DNA from: Octopus sinensis
Lineage: Eukaryota
Assembly (NCBI RefSeq): GCF_006345805.1
Contig: NC_043008.1
Span: 39,990,001-40,054,000 of the forward strand
Reading direction: 5' to 3'
DNA: 64,000 nucleotides
Made by a program: the position numbers and the translations under genes. A model generated the notes under the pieces. That model was not told the origin of the DNA, made no database searches, and worked only from the letters and a program-made list of their open reading frames with translations. This document shows positions 11,330 to 24,590 of this stretch, one piece after another (positions within the stretch are counted from its first letter, which is position 1; the number at the start of each line of letters is the position of its first letter).

Positions 11330-11470
11330 ACGGCAGGAGTTCTTTCAATCTCCCTCTACTAAATCCACTCATAAGTCTTTAGTTGACCCAGGGCTATAGT
11401 GGAAATCACTCACCTAAGATGCTACGCAGTGGAACTGCACTAGGAACCGTGTTTTGGAAGCAACTTAGAA
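11330..11470 (-). mobile_element. SINE family B 5' fragment, diverged
   Basis: Reverse complement aligns to 9960-10110 (cacggttcc..cagttccactgcgtagca..ctatagccctggg..gagtggatttagtag). Confidence 0.7.
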
Positions 11471-11860
11471 GGCCTCTACATATATATATATATATATACA
11501 CACAATACATACATTCATACATACATGCGTACATACATACAAATATATGTTTGTGTGTGTGTGTATCTGTGTTGTGTCTACGTATATATCTACACGGGTT
11601 GTGGATCGGTTCAGGACTCCCAGGAATTAAGATATACGTGTGGTTAACATCAGCTTATGCCGAATCGTCGTAAAAAGAGAAAGATAGACACAAAGAGAGA
11701 GAGAGAGAGATAGAGAGAAAGAGAGAAAGAGAGACATAAAACTGACTGAAACAAGTAAAAGTATAAACAAATATGTTTTATAGTAATGATTGTTTTTTTG
11801 GGGTTTTTGTTTAAGTGTGCCTATTTAAAACTTTAAAAGACTGACTAAAACAAGTAAAAT

Positions 11861-11895
<35 letters not shown>

Positions 11896-11898
<3 letters not shown>

Positions 11899-12033
11899 AG
11901 ATTAATTAGCCGAAATTACTACGATGATCCGGTTCTTGACTGAAGACTGAGGGGTTCGAATGTCCTGTCCATGTTTATTGTATCGTCTTCTAAGAGTTAT
12001 ACGTTCTTGTCCATGTTGTATTTTTCTACATAC
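11896..12033 (+). mobile_element. Family E terminal (pLTR-like) fragment between (TA)n tracts
   Basis: gattaattagccgaaattactacgatgatccggttcttgactgaaga... matches 28850-28920 and 29630-29700. Confidence 0.75.
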
Positions 12034-12048
12034 CTTAATATATATATA

Positions 12049-12136
<88 letters not shown>

Positions 12137-13384
12137 TTATATTTTAATCATTGAGCAGATGCCGATATTTTTGTGAATTGATCATTTTCTTTCGCAAGGA
12201 AGGGACTTGATCAAATGGTCGCGCATATACAAACACACAAAAATGCGCGCGCGGAAGCTTGGAAGCTCACACTCTCACACACTCTACAGTCTTTACAAGA
12301 AGACGCATTGGATAACGTCGTTGTTATAACGAAGAAATCGCCAGGGCAAGAATTCTGTTCTAGACCTGGTTCATCATATCTTCCATGGAGCTTGGCAGTA
12401 AAACATAGGAGACCAGCTACAAGTTATCTAGCCTCGGGGCCAATGAGTGTAGTTCTAAATAGTAGATAGAGCACTTAAATCTCGTTAGGAAATTTTACAG
12501 CCTTAAAATAGATGATCGCATTGAGCAACAAAACCCCTCATATACAAAAATGTACATTACCATTAAACACAAGACAAAGTGACCGTAAATATAGTTGATG
12601 CGTGACAGCCAGCAGACTTTTTATTAAAGGTCTTCAGTGGACATTAGGATAAACTTCATTGATATACATTGACGATTGTCTGTTTAACAGCCAACATTTT
12701 ACCAAACATAATATACTTACTTGAAAGTAATGAAAAAAAAACCACAAAACATAAAAAGAAATACAAGAGTGTCGTTCAGTGTAAAAACAGATTTTCTTTC
12801 AGAAGCTACTGACATCTTTCACACATGAATAAAACTGCATTCACACCAAATGACAGAATACTGACAATTCATATTAGACCGAGGACTCTCTGGAGAATCT
12901 TATTATGTCTTCCGTATGCAGTTTCATTAAATCGACTCAAGTAAATGGTCATATAGATTTCCTGTCAATTCACCGTACATCTAAATCTGTGTGAATACAT
13001 TTAACAAATCAAGAATTTTTCCCACCTTACAGTACACTACTTTTAATCAAGTTGAATTACTCTAAAATTTGCTGTCAAATAAATATCATACTGCCTTCCG
13101 ATTTATATGTAAGAGCGTGAAGTTTTTTGACGGAGTCTAACATCTAAGAAAGCTACATACACATATATTTGCATCAATATAGTACCGTATTACCGACGGA
13201 TAAAGGAAAGAGATTTTCAAATGAAATTACATTATTTTATACTTTTTTCACTGATGCTACGAATACTTTTTTAATCAGGGTTATTCTTACATTATAGTAA
13301 TGAGGAAGAGCAGTGCCAATAACTCTTTTATACATCCACAGAATCTACTTAGATGGTGAAACAAAGATATCCTAGTGACCTCGT

Positions 13385-13543
13385 TCAAATGTTTGCATCA
13401 AATTGAGCTGTGCTAAATGCATCGAAGGGATCAGATGTAGGTGTTAAAATGAGTGATATGTTATGTCGAGGACCCAAGTAGGTTGTGGTATCATTTGAAT
13501 TCAAAACAAAAAGAACACTGAACTGTGACCTTTCCTTGATGTC
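13385..13543 (-). CDS. Candidate terminal coding exon (DIKERSQFSVLFVLNSNDTTTYLGPRHNISLILTPTSDPFDAFSTAQFDANI*), product unknown
   Basis: Acceptor-like ttcattctttcag followed by 52 open codons; loose resemblance to a Calx-beta pattern. No linked exons established. Confidence 0.2.
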   Translation of the reverse strand, partial: DIKERSQFSVLFVLNSNDTTTYLGPRHNISLILTPTSDPFDAFSTAQFDANI

Positions 13544-13724
13544 CTGAAAGAATGAACAGCAAAGTTGAACTCGATGTACAGAGAGTTGCAACAAGTATTT
13601 CGATGCTTTCTACCTTGCACTTTGATTGTTATCTTACTTTGTTGTCTTCAGTTAACATATTAAAGCAGATACTTTTTTTTATTTTAAAGTGGTATTAATG
13701 TATAGCCCAATGAGAACATTTTGA

Positions 13725-13880
13725 GGAAAGAGGTTCATCTATACTATCGACTTTAGTTCATGAGTGGTAGTGGATTCTACGGGTCGCGGAATGCTAAACA
13801 GCAAAGCTGACCTCGGTGAAATTTAAATTCCGAAATTAATATGTCGGGAGAAATACCGCTAGATATTCTGTCCAACGATA
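13725..13880 (-). mobile_element. Old, diverged SINE family A fragment
   Basis: agcaaagctgacctcggtgaaatttaaattccgaa...gaaataccgcta resembles the family A core and head. Confidence 0.6.
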
Positions 13881-14408
13881 CAGTTAGATTTCCAATTTGA
13901 TTTTTTGTAAAATTTGAAATAAAAATCGTCAAATCTTATACGGTAACAATCAAACCACGACAAGGAATTATAAAAGTGCTCTCTCGATCAAAAATAAGCA
14001 TTTGTTATTTTGCTCAGGTGGTCATGAATTAAGTATATTATTAGTTGCCCGCTTTTAGTATAAGGGTCTGAGATGTGTCTGTAATGTAAATAACATCGGT
14101 TCGTGTCTTATATCAAAGTATCAACATAAGCTGTGTAAAAAAACAACAAAAAGGTCGACAGGAACGATGCCATAGCCCATCGGTACTTTTCTCCCTTTTC
14201 CGGGTTCGGTAGAATCTATCAGCCAACTGCAATATGACTGTCGGAATCGTTGTGTCTCACGTGGGGAATGGTTTATGGGTATCATTCTTGCGTGAAGATA
14301 ACGTTCGCACCTCGTTTCTTACAAGTCCATTAAAACTGTGTTGGGTACAGTTAGGGAGATTCACTCACACACACACATGTGTATATATAAATCTAAGTAT
14401 ATAATAAC

Positions 14409-14440
<32 letters not shown>

Positions 14441-14444
14441 TTAT

Positions 14445-14497
<53 letters not shown>

Positions 14498-15739
14498 GCA
14501 GGAATGTATGCGTGAAAACTTTTTATGCTTTACAATGTGTAATTGGTATATATACTCATGATTCCTGAGCGAAGAATATTAAACTCATACAAATTCGTAA
14601 TGCACATCTGAATATCCGCAGTATCTAATATTTATTCAATTCGAGTTCCTTCATAATTTAATATAAATTTAGTCATGTTTTCTGTGGTTCAAAATTGTCA
14701 TACACCAAGCTATGATAACATCTTAAATGTTTTACATAAGAGATTTATTTCAAGTGTTTTTTTCTGTTATTTCACGAAATATAAATTTAGTTAAAGAAAA
14801 ACCTTTAAAGTTATTATCGTCAGGCGGAGCATTAACATCAGTTATTTTCTGACCAACACTTTTCTAACCTGATAATCAAACTAAATAATGAAGCAAACTT
14901 CGTGGAATTGGTCCATTTAAATAATAGTTAATGACAAAATATTACGCCATGTTATTAATAAAGAATTAGACAAACAAAAATTGAAGAATTATTACTCACA
15001 CTATATATTTCAGGAAAATATAAAAAACTGCATTGGTAAGCATTTGAAAACAATTTGAGTGTCATGAGCTAAAACTGCCAAATATATGTAACGAAAGGGT
15101 CATTGTGTATGAATTTTACAAGCTTTTGCTTCTTTCATTTTTCCAGTGCATTCAGAACATTTCAGTTTTTTCCAAGTAGGGTTTTACTAATTGGTGACTT
15201 ATTCTTCAATGAATTGTTAGGGACGCGTATACAGTAAACAGCAATTAAAAATCGTTACAATAAACAAAATTTCCAAATTGAATTAGAAAATATATTTTCG
15301 ATGTTAGTTGCAATAATAATTAGTAAATAAAATAATATAATACTGAAGAATTTATTTAAAAATTTATAGAAATGGAAGGTCTTTTGAATCACGTTATAAT
15401 TGTTAAAACATAAATGATGCTAGTATTAATAATACGAAGTCTGCTTTAAACTCTGAAACACCAGAGTATAGATTTTACGAATAGGTCTGGTGAATTGGAG
15501 CGCACTTAAAGTCTGGTAATCAAACACACATACAGACACACATACGCACGCACACGCATACATATATACACACATATGCACGTACGTACGCACAGATGCA
15601 CACAAATACGCTCACAAATGGAAAAGAAGAAAAGCAAAAAATAAAGCGAAAAATATCTACTGAATCACTTAAAATGCCAAAATATAATTTGAGGCAACAA
15701 ATTAAATAAAGAGAAATTGGTCAACATTAATCAATTTGC

Positions 15740-15900
<161 letters not shown>

Positions 15901-17323
15901 GAAGAAAAACCTCTTTTATTATTAATACTTTTTGCATTATTATCATAATTACAGAACTGCTAAAGGTGTTTAGCGTGTTTATTAACGTTTACTTCATTCT
16001 TCTTTCTGTCTACATGTTTTGGCTGGGATATAATTCTATGGATAGATGTGTCAGAATATCAAAACCGAGAACCCCCTTTTTTTCTCTTTTAAGTATTCAT
16101 TAGCCCCAAGATATTTCACTTCAATTTTCATTACAAATATTTCTTTAAAAATGATTCTTTCAATTTATTTCAAAATTTTGTTCTATTTTTTAAAATTATT
16201 TCATTTTATTACTTTTGTCTGTGTAAAAATAAGTTTGTAAAGTTTCACTAAATATTTAGCCAAATAATTAATTTATATTTTCTTCTTTGTTTCTTCTTGT
16301 TTTAATTTTTATATCACAATTTTTTATTTTGTTGTTTTGTTTATACATATATGTATATTTATTTAATCTTTGGTTGTTGAAATTATTTAAATATTTAAAT
16401 ATTTCACTTGAAATATTTGTCTTATAGCTATACATAAATCTCCAATCTGTAAAATATGAGCAACATGAAGTGGTTATAAGCAGGAATGCATACATTATCT
16501 TCGTTCCTATCGACAGTGGTATTGTATATTTATATTTTCAAATCGTTAGATATGGAGGTAAAACAAACCCCGGGATCACGCTAGGGATACTGATGGTGGT
16601 GAGATTGATACTGAAACTTTACTTAACCCTTGGTCTACCAGAGACAATATATATCACTAATTACCAGCTTGGTCCAATGGACCGAATATTTTTCTTTTCA
16701 TTAAATTTTATTCAAACTACCACTATTTCTTAGTGCTATTCGGTGAATGAAGAATTACAGCTTACAGAATATATTATAAATTTTAAAAAAATGCAAAAAT
16801 TTCAATTAAAATAACAAATAAACTTTTCAATATCAGCAAACCTACAGCAGTACCTAAACCACTACCACCGCCATCACCACCATCACCATACCACCACCAC
16901 CACCACCACCACCGCACTCTGCCTCTCTCTCTCTCTCTCTCTCCTGTCCATTTCTCCCTATCTATCTTTCCCTTCAGCTAACGTTATAACCGCGTAATAT
17001 GCGCTCCTTCCCCAACTCCAATGTACATCGATAACACTTCTCTCTCCCTCTTTTTCTCCCGTCGTCTTATTTTCTACTTCTTCGCCTCTACCTTCAACTG
17101 TCCACGTAACCGTTTGTCATTACTATATTAATATTAATCACTATTTTTACTTCTTCCTCTCTTCTTTCTTCACTCCTACCTCTCTTTCACTCACTCCACC
17201 TCCACCTCCTCCTCCACCTCTCTAACTAACTAATGTACAACGGGCGAACGAACAATCAGATTATTATTTAGATATTTGTGTGTAACAATGTTTCTGTATA
17301 AAAATAAAAAATATATATAAAAA

Positions 17324-17683
17324 ATTAGAAAAAAACACCTTTTATCAATTGAAAATGAACAATCAAATTACACCATCTAGAAAATTACATATAATAGAAA
17401 TATTAAAATTAAGATAAGAATGAAATACCAATGATTAAGTAAATTGCAAAAAATAATAAAAACGTATATAATTGGTAATAATTGGTATAATTGGTATATA
17501 AACGTATATAATTGGTATAATATTATTCTACCAATTATATACGTTTTTATTAATTTTTTGCAATTTACTTAATCATTAGTATTTTATTGTTATTTTAATT
17601 ATAATATTTCTATTATATGTAATTTCCTAGAAGATGTAATTAAATTGGTCATTTTGAATTGATAAAAGGTGTTTTTTTCTAAT
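17324..17683. repeat. AT-rich long inverted repeat (foldback/MITE-like), arms ~150 bp
   Basis: attagaaaaaaacaccttttatcaattgaaaatg...cgtatataattggta is mirrored by taccaattatatacg...cattttgaattgataaaaggtgtttttttctaat. The spacer has short tandem tataattggta units. Confidence 0.88.
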
Positions 17684-18101
17684 GTTATATATATTATATT
17701 GTGTGAAATTTGATTTAGTGCTTCTAAATTGAAGTTTTCCCTGTAAGTTAGGATTAATATTCCTTCCAGTCATTACTTAGCTTTAACATCTGCACACCTC
17801 CCCCCACTATCTGATGTCGCTTGGTCAGAGGTGAGGGCTTGTGGCATTTGGTAAATCTATCGAATATGGTGTTGACGAAGGAAATCAAGCTATTTTCGAG
17901 CTTGTGATCTAGAAACATGTTCATCATTAACGGTAAGAGATTGTTTTCGTTTATTTGCTACTCCGATTTTGCGTATGTGAATCGCGGGGTTCGTCGTATA
18001 TGGAATCTCCACTTGTAGAAAATGCAAAAAACAGTCTTTGACTGGCATTTCTAATTCCTTCGGTATGCGGCGAAGCAGCTTGTTGCTCGCCCTTTTAATT
18101 A

Positions 18102-18179
<78 letters not shown>

Positions 18180-18589
18180 ATATGCTTGAGATCTCTCGAG
18201 CTTGGAATTTGCATATCTTCATTGATTGGTTGTATATTTTCTCATTTGCTGAATTTGCTTTCTACAAGTTGTCAAGGATCATAACTGCAAGGCAAAAAAT
18301 AACTAACTTGCTCAATTATGAATCGCCTCTAATACATATAGGCAATATAGAAATGTAATTCATTTGCTATCCCCTAAGACGTGGGGATTTGAAACATATA
18401 AGTTTCTCTTCATATAATCTCAGCCAAATTCTCCATAATCTGCTCTGCGATATAAAATAATATCAAAACGCTGGGAGGTACAATGACCAATATAGTTAAT
18501 CTAATGAATATCATAAGTAATTAATCACGGACTTATAAGCGCGCATGCATACACGCGGTCACACACAAATACAAACACGCACATATATA

Positions 18590-18639
18590 GACGTACATAT
18601 ATACACGTACATACTTACATACATGCATACATACATACA

Positions 18640-18673
<34 letters not shown>

Positions 18674-18790
18674 CATACATACATATATCAGCATAAATAT
18701 ATATATATACATACATACATATATCAGCATAAATATATATACATACATACATACATATATCAGCATAAATATATATATATACATACATAC
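18590..18790. repeat. (TACA)n tract with a ~36-bp compound minisatellite x3 (…tatcagcataaatatatat…)
   Basis: Directly visible. Confidence 0.9.
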
Positions 18791-19976
18791 ACGAGGTTGT
18801 TTATGGAAGACTAGCTGAAATCGACTGGAAATTCTGGTGTTTATGATGCAAAACTTTAGTTAATCCTTATATAAACATTAAAAATCCATCTTTCTTCTTT
18901 AGCCCTGAGACTTCCGTTTGTCAGTGTGTGTCTGCTGGTTTGTTTCGTCTAAATATGTTTGCATATGTGTGCGTGTATGCGTGTGTTTGTATGTGTATGT
19001 CTGTGTATCTGTCTTTTTGTTCCCTTACCAATTTTGGTAAATATGTTTGCATTGTATTCAGACATCCATAAATATATAGTCATCTCATTCCACATGTATT
19101 TATCCAAGATCATTGTCATATTATTTGTAATCTAAAAATGGGAAGAAACCTAAATGGGAAACGTATTACATATACTTGATATTACATTGTAATTATCATA
19201 TTTATGTTTCAAGAAAATAACAAGCAAATTTTCAACGTAGTTCATTTTATTAATCTATTTCAAAATGATTCTACTATATGCATGAATGTATAAATGTATT
19301 TATGCATGTATGTATGTGTTTATGACCGTATATATGTATACATATATGTGTGTCTGTGGTGTGCGTGTAAGTGTTTATGTCCGTGCGTATGTATCCATAG
19401 ATGCATGCACACAAACGTACATATATGCATATCTATGATGTTTATGGAATAATAAAATCTAAATGATATCGTCGCATTAATGTATTTCGTATTTGCATTT
19501 CCCCACTGGGAAATTGTTATGTTATTTCAATTGTAGTATATTTCTATAATCACTTTCTCATTTACTATTAATAAAAATAATTTTCCTTCATTATGCATAA
19601 AGGTATTTTGACGTATTGCTTTTGTTTTATATATATTTGCGACATTTTTGTTTTCTCCGATCTGCATACAAGTTCAGTCGTAGATAATTCTGCATAATTT
19701 CAGTTATTTAATCTTTCTCTAAAATATAAGGTTATTAAAATCTTCAGATACAGTATATTTGCTTCACAACAGTGAACTGAGGTTTCCTCAAAATTTTGAG
19801 CAATTGACGTTTAAAACTTTGCCTTTTTGAAATAAATGTTACCCCTAATTATTCCAAGATTACGTTTTAGAGTGAATGGTATTCTGAAATATTTACCTCT
19901 TTATTGTTAGAAAAGCCAGTTCACACCTAGCAAACAAAGACCATCAATTTTCTCTCTAAAATATAGACTATGATGA

Positions 19977-20020
<44 letters not shown>

Positions 20021-21396
20021 TTGATGATGATGATGACGACGACGATGATGATGATGATGATGATCTCTGTATAATTTGATGTTTTAGCCTGCTTCATATG
20101 AGGCGTTAGGATAGAGGAGCTGGTCCTGTCAAGTCATAAAGTGCAATCACAGGGATATTATCATCATTAGATCATAGAAGATAATGTGAATGTTGACTTT
20201 TCTTCTAGCTTGAAGTTGAACAATATGATCCTAGAATTTCCTGGAAACTACGATCCGGGCTCATAGGAAAACTTAGCGAAAATTATCAATGCTTAGTATG
20301 CCGAACTATTAATGTTAGCCATTCGGAGGTAGTTGATGACTAGAAGGGAATTTGGGCGTCAGAGAACTTTTCTTTACTCTTGCCGACTTAAAGCAAATAT
20401 GTGGTTTGATGTAGCCAGTTTCTCGCTGCCCAGATGTAGTAATACCGAACCTAAGAGCCAAAGAGAAGGACAATACTACAGAAGTGAACACTAATGTATT
20501 CCTTACAGACACTTAAAGGTAAGAGATATTAAAATTTAGAGCGGCGTTCAATTCTCAAATGACGAGGACATAGAGGTGTCTGATTTTAAAAAGGGGTGAT
20601 GTGGAAGGATTTTGACCACACCCATGTTACTAAAGTTGGCCTGGGCTGTTATTTTAAAGAACTGTGAGCGATTGGCAGTTCGTGTTGGTAGCAGTTCACT
20701 GTGACACTTTGATATAAAGTGTTGAGTTTCTTGTAAATGTAATAGCAGTGTGTCGTGCATATATTATCTTCCCCTGCTTCATTATATTATATAACTAATA
20801 CAAGGATATAAAAGATATGAAATTGAAATGGAGCACATTTGTAAAGTCTCAACAACCCCAGGAACAGTATATTGCAAATGCCTCGACGTCCGATTTACAC
20901 ACACAAACACACACATATGCAAATACACATATACATGTTTGAATGTGTTTATGTGTATGTTTTAGTGTATGTGAGAGTGTGTCTTGTTGAAGAATTTTAT
21001 TGTTTGATATTGCCGAATCTCTATGCCCTGCTTCGTTCCATGTTATTATTTATAAGAAATTTATGTCTTTAGGTTTTGAGATCTCATTGCTCAAGTTTTC
21101 ACTTTCTCGATCGTCTCTGCAATGTCAAAGGAAGGTGATGGTAACATAAAGAGGCGAAATATAACGTGAATTTTATTGACACCAGAGTGTGTTTCCATTT
21201 AATTTTCGATCATCGTGGTTAGAATTCCATAAAAAGTCAAGCACTATGATGTTAATTTTTGTTACATATTAACGAAGTAAAACTGGCACCATAAGAATTT
21301 AGGTTAATACATAAAAATCTTTGACGATTGTCTGGGAGAAAATAGTTAAAAATAAACGTAGCTTCATATAATAAACATCGGTGCGACATCTTTAAT

Positions 21397-21832
21397 GTAC
21401 AACACATACAAATTCTTGAATGTAAACCGCAAAATAGAGGATGTGAGTATTTACCATTTCTATGACCTTCCGATGTCAAACTTTTACTTTGTTTTCATAT
21501 TCTCCTCAAAAACAAACACGGAAGAAAATGTAGGATAAAACAATTTATACAATACATTAATATTGTACTTCCAAATATAACAATAAATAAATTAACATAC
21601 TTCTATATTTTAAAGTACAACACATACAAATTCTTGAATGTAAACCGCAAAATAGAGGATGTGAGTATTTACCATTTCTATGACCTTCAGATGTCAAACC
21701 TTTACTTTTTTTTCATATTCCCCTCAAAAGCAAACACGGAAGAAAATGTAGGATAAAACAGTTTATACAATACACTAATATTGTACTTCCAAATATAACA
21801 AAAAAATAAATTAACATACTTCTATATTTTAA
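21397..21832. repeat. Tandem duplication, two 218-bp units
   Basis: gtacaacacatacaaattcttgaatg... begins at 21397 and 21615; units are near-identical. Confidence 0.93.
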
Positions 21833-22254
21833 TATTTTTAGTCGTTACATTAAGATGGAAAACATAAATAAACTTTTACGCTTCATTTTGTTTATTCGCG
21901 GTCCAATTTAGTAAAATAGCGGAAGAGATTATAAGACAAACTCTTTTCACTCAAATACGATAACCAACGTTGTTTGTTTTGGCTATCTTTAGAAACAAGC
22001 TGAAAGAAATAAACCGGAGGATACATAGATATTTCTTGATTAAGAACTTGCAAGTAGCTGAATGTTTGAGAGAACAAAACAATGTAGATATGAGAAATTT
22101 CGAAAAATCATTCACTTTAGTAAGCAAAGAGTATTTTGTGAACAAAGACTTGCTAAAGCAATAAGCTCTTATAGAAATAGATTTGTATTTATGGAAAGAA
22201 TATATAAGAAATATAAAAAGGAGAATATAAGATTATAAAGTCTGATAGTAAGAT

Positions 22255-22281
22255 GCAATATCTATCTATCTATCTATCTAG

Positions 22282-22369
<88 letters not shown>

Positions 22370-22386
22370 ATATCTATCTATCTATA

Positions 22387-22444
<58 letters not shown>

Positions 22445-22470
22445 ATCTATGTATCTATCTATCTAATCTA

Positions 22471-22550
<80 letters not shown>
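22255..22550. repeat. (TATC)n/(TC)n/(TA)n compound microsatellite
   Basis: Directly visible. Confidence 0.97.
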
Positions 22551-22552
<2 letters not shown>

Positions 22553-22713
22553 ATGGATAGCTATATACATACACACCAACATACGCATGCTAAAACGCAC
22601 ACAAACATATTTGCACATAAAAATACCCACATTTATCCACATATACACATTTTATATGATCATGCAAACCAGTGCCCACACACACACACACACACACATA
22701 TGTATGTACGTAC

Positions 22714-22748
<35 letters not shown>

Positions 22749-22914
22749 CTAAGATATGAGTATGGCGGGCGAAAAAGGAGTGGATAAGTGAGAGTGGGTG
22801 GGGAAAGTTAGGAGACTCGTCTATTATTGCATTATGTTATAAAATTCCAAAGAATTCAATAGCTTGGTGAAAAGCTTTGGTAAAGAGTTTAATAATGAAA
22901 ATCATTGAACTTAC

Positions 22915-23063
22915 CTTCAAATGGGGTAGCAAAGAATAGATAACAATAGATAGGAAATGCAAAGCCTGGATGGATGAAATATAGTGCGGCATAAAAGAAC
23001 ATAGAATGGATTTTCTCAGGAATGAATACCATAATTAACGAAACTTGATAAAGATCTTGAGAT
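22915..23063 (-). CDS. Candidate exon encoding a hydrophobic segment (SQDLYQVSLIMVFIPEKIHSMFFYAALYFIHPGFAFPIYCYLFFATPFE)
   Basis: Acceptor-like ctttacagcttcag, 49 open codons, strong donor GAAG|gtaagt. No homology recognised. Confidence 0.3.
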
Positions 23064-23714
23064 CTGAAGCTGTAAAGTTTTAGCCTTGCTGTTCGAGTGC
23101 GATTGCGGTAAAATGTTAGCGAGCTTTCGGCAAACTTAATATGTACGACGTATCTTCATTATTCATTCCAGTCAGTTTAGTTCAGTTTCGTGTTAACTCG
23201 TTTCGTTCACAATATCTAGTTGTAGTTATTAAGCACTAGTTTTAAAGTGGAAAAGTTTTAGAGTTTCTTGGATGATTGCTTTGACCATCCAGTTACTGTT
23301 CCCCTCTTACTGGACATTTGGAAGCTACGTGGAGAGGAAAGCAAACTATTATTAATGCATCGTACCGTAGAAAAATATGCAATATTCAAATAGAATCTGT
23401 CCCAGTTAATGATTACTATGTTTTCCTAACTAAAATAACATGCTAATCTAAATCCAGTGTAGGGATGTTTTAGAAAGCTATAATGATCAAAACTACATAA
23501 TTGTTTTTAGCCTTGTTGTCCGTATATGATGGACTAGACTTTTGTTTTTATCCATACTCTCCGTATACGTTGGATGGGCTTCATCTCTAAAATGCAGATT
23601 TTTTCCTACAGACAAATGGCCAGAGGTTTTGTAAATTGTTATTCTCATATAATAAATACACTAACTTACTCTGACGAAGCGTGTATCTCTCTCTCTCATA
23701 AACTGCTACTTACT

Positions 23715-23930
23715 TAATCGATTAGGAAAGGTTCATCAGCAAAGTCGACCTGAATTTGAACTCAGAACGTCAAAGTGAACGAGATGCCACAAAGCATTTT
23801 ACCCGGCCTATTAACAATTTTGCCAGCTCGCCACCTTAACTACTCAATAAATTCTTTTCAACTCGAGGCAAAAGTCCGAAATTTAGGGGAGGGAGCCAGT
23901 CGATTATATCGACCCTACTAAGCAACTAGT
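23715..23930 (-). mobile_element. Old SINE family A fragments
   Basis: agcaaagtcgacctgaatttgaactcagaacgt...ttgccagctcgccacctt, plus a tail piece gtcgattatatcgaccc. Confidence 0.7.
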
Positions 23931-23984
23931 TTAATTTAAGAATCTTTTCCTTTTCATGGACAGCTCGATTAATCTTCATATGCT

Positions 23985-24120
23985 GGTAGAATGTGTCATA
24001 TAGAACATTTTATACTCTTAGCGTTGTTGAGAAAAGTTACTATTTACGAAGTTATTTCGTGTTAACTTTGCATTATTTCGGTAATTTCAACCAATCAATG
24101 CCGTGCATTCAGCTGAATAA
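23985..24120 (-). mobile_element. Fragment of the Merlin-like MITE family
   Basis: Reverse complement aligns to 50866-50990 and to the 32430-32550 interior (cattgattggttgaaattaccgaaat...cttttctcaa.aacgctaagag). Confidence 0.7.
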
Positions 24121-24393
24121 AATTACTGTTGCTGTTTGTCATCGGCGGTGTATATTTCATTTATCATTGTTATTTATAACATCGTTCGTGCGTTTGTACT
24201 GGTTTTCAAAATTTCAAAAAAAATTCAAAATTCCGTATGTTGGCTATTTCCCGCAATCTCCGTATCCGAAAAGCTGGGTTTTGGGCAAAAAAAAGCAATA
24301 ATAATAATTTGCGAGAAAACGTGGGGTTAGGGTGAACGGGAGTTTGTCTTTTTGAAAACAGTAGCTGAAAAACGGGGGAAAAAATCCTATGTA

Positions 24394-24590
24394 AGGCACA
24401 AAGCCTTAAATTTAGGGGAGGGAGACAGTCGATTAGATCGACCCCAGTACGCAAATGGTACTTAATTTATCGACCCCGAAATGATGAAAGGCAAAGTCGA
24501 CCTTTCGCTAACTCTGAACTCGGAACATAAAAACAGACGTAATACCGCTAAGTATTTCGCTTGGCGTGCTATCGTTTCTGCCAGCTCGCA
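24394..24590 (-). mobile_element. SINE family A copy with an alternative tail
   Basis: atcgaccccagtacg...tatcgaccccgaaatgatgaaaggcaaagtcgacc...tttctgccagctcg. Confidence 0.85.

Noticed and set aside
12721-12815. MSVASERKSVFTLNDTLVFLFMFCGFFFITF followed by gtaagt as a first exon
   Set aside because: The hydrophobicity comes from a T-rich tract, and no compatible downstream exon was found.
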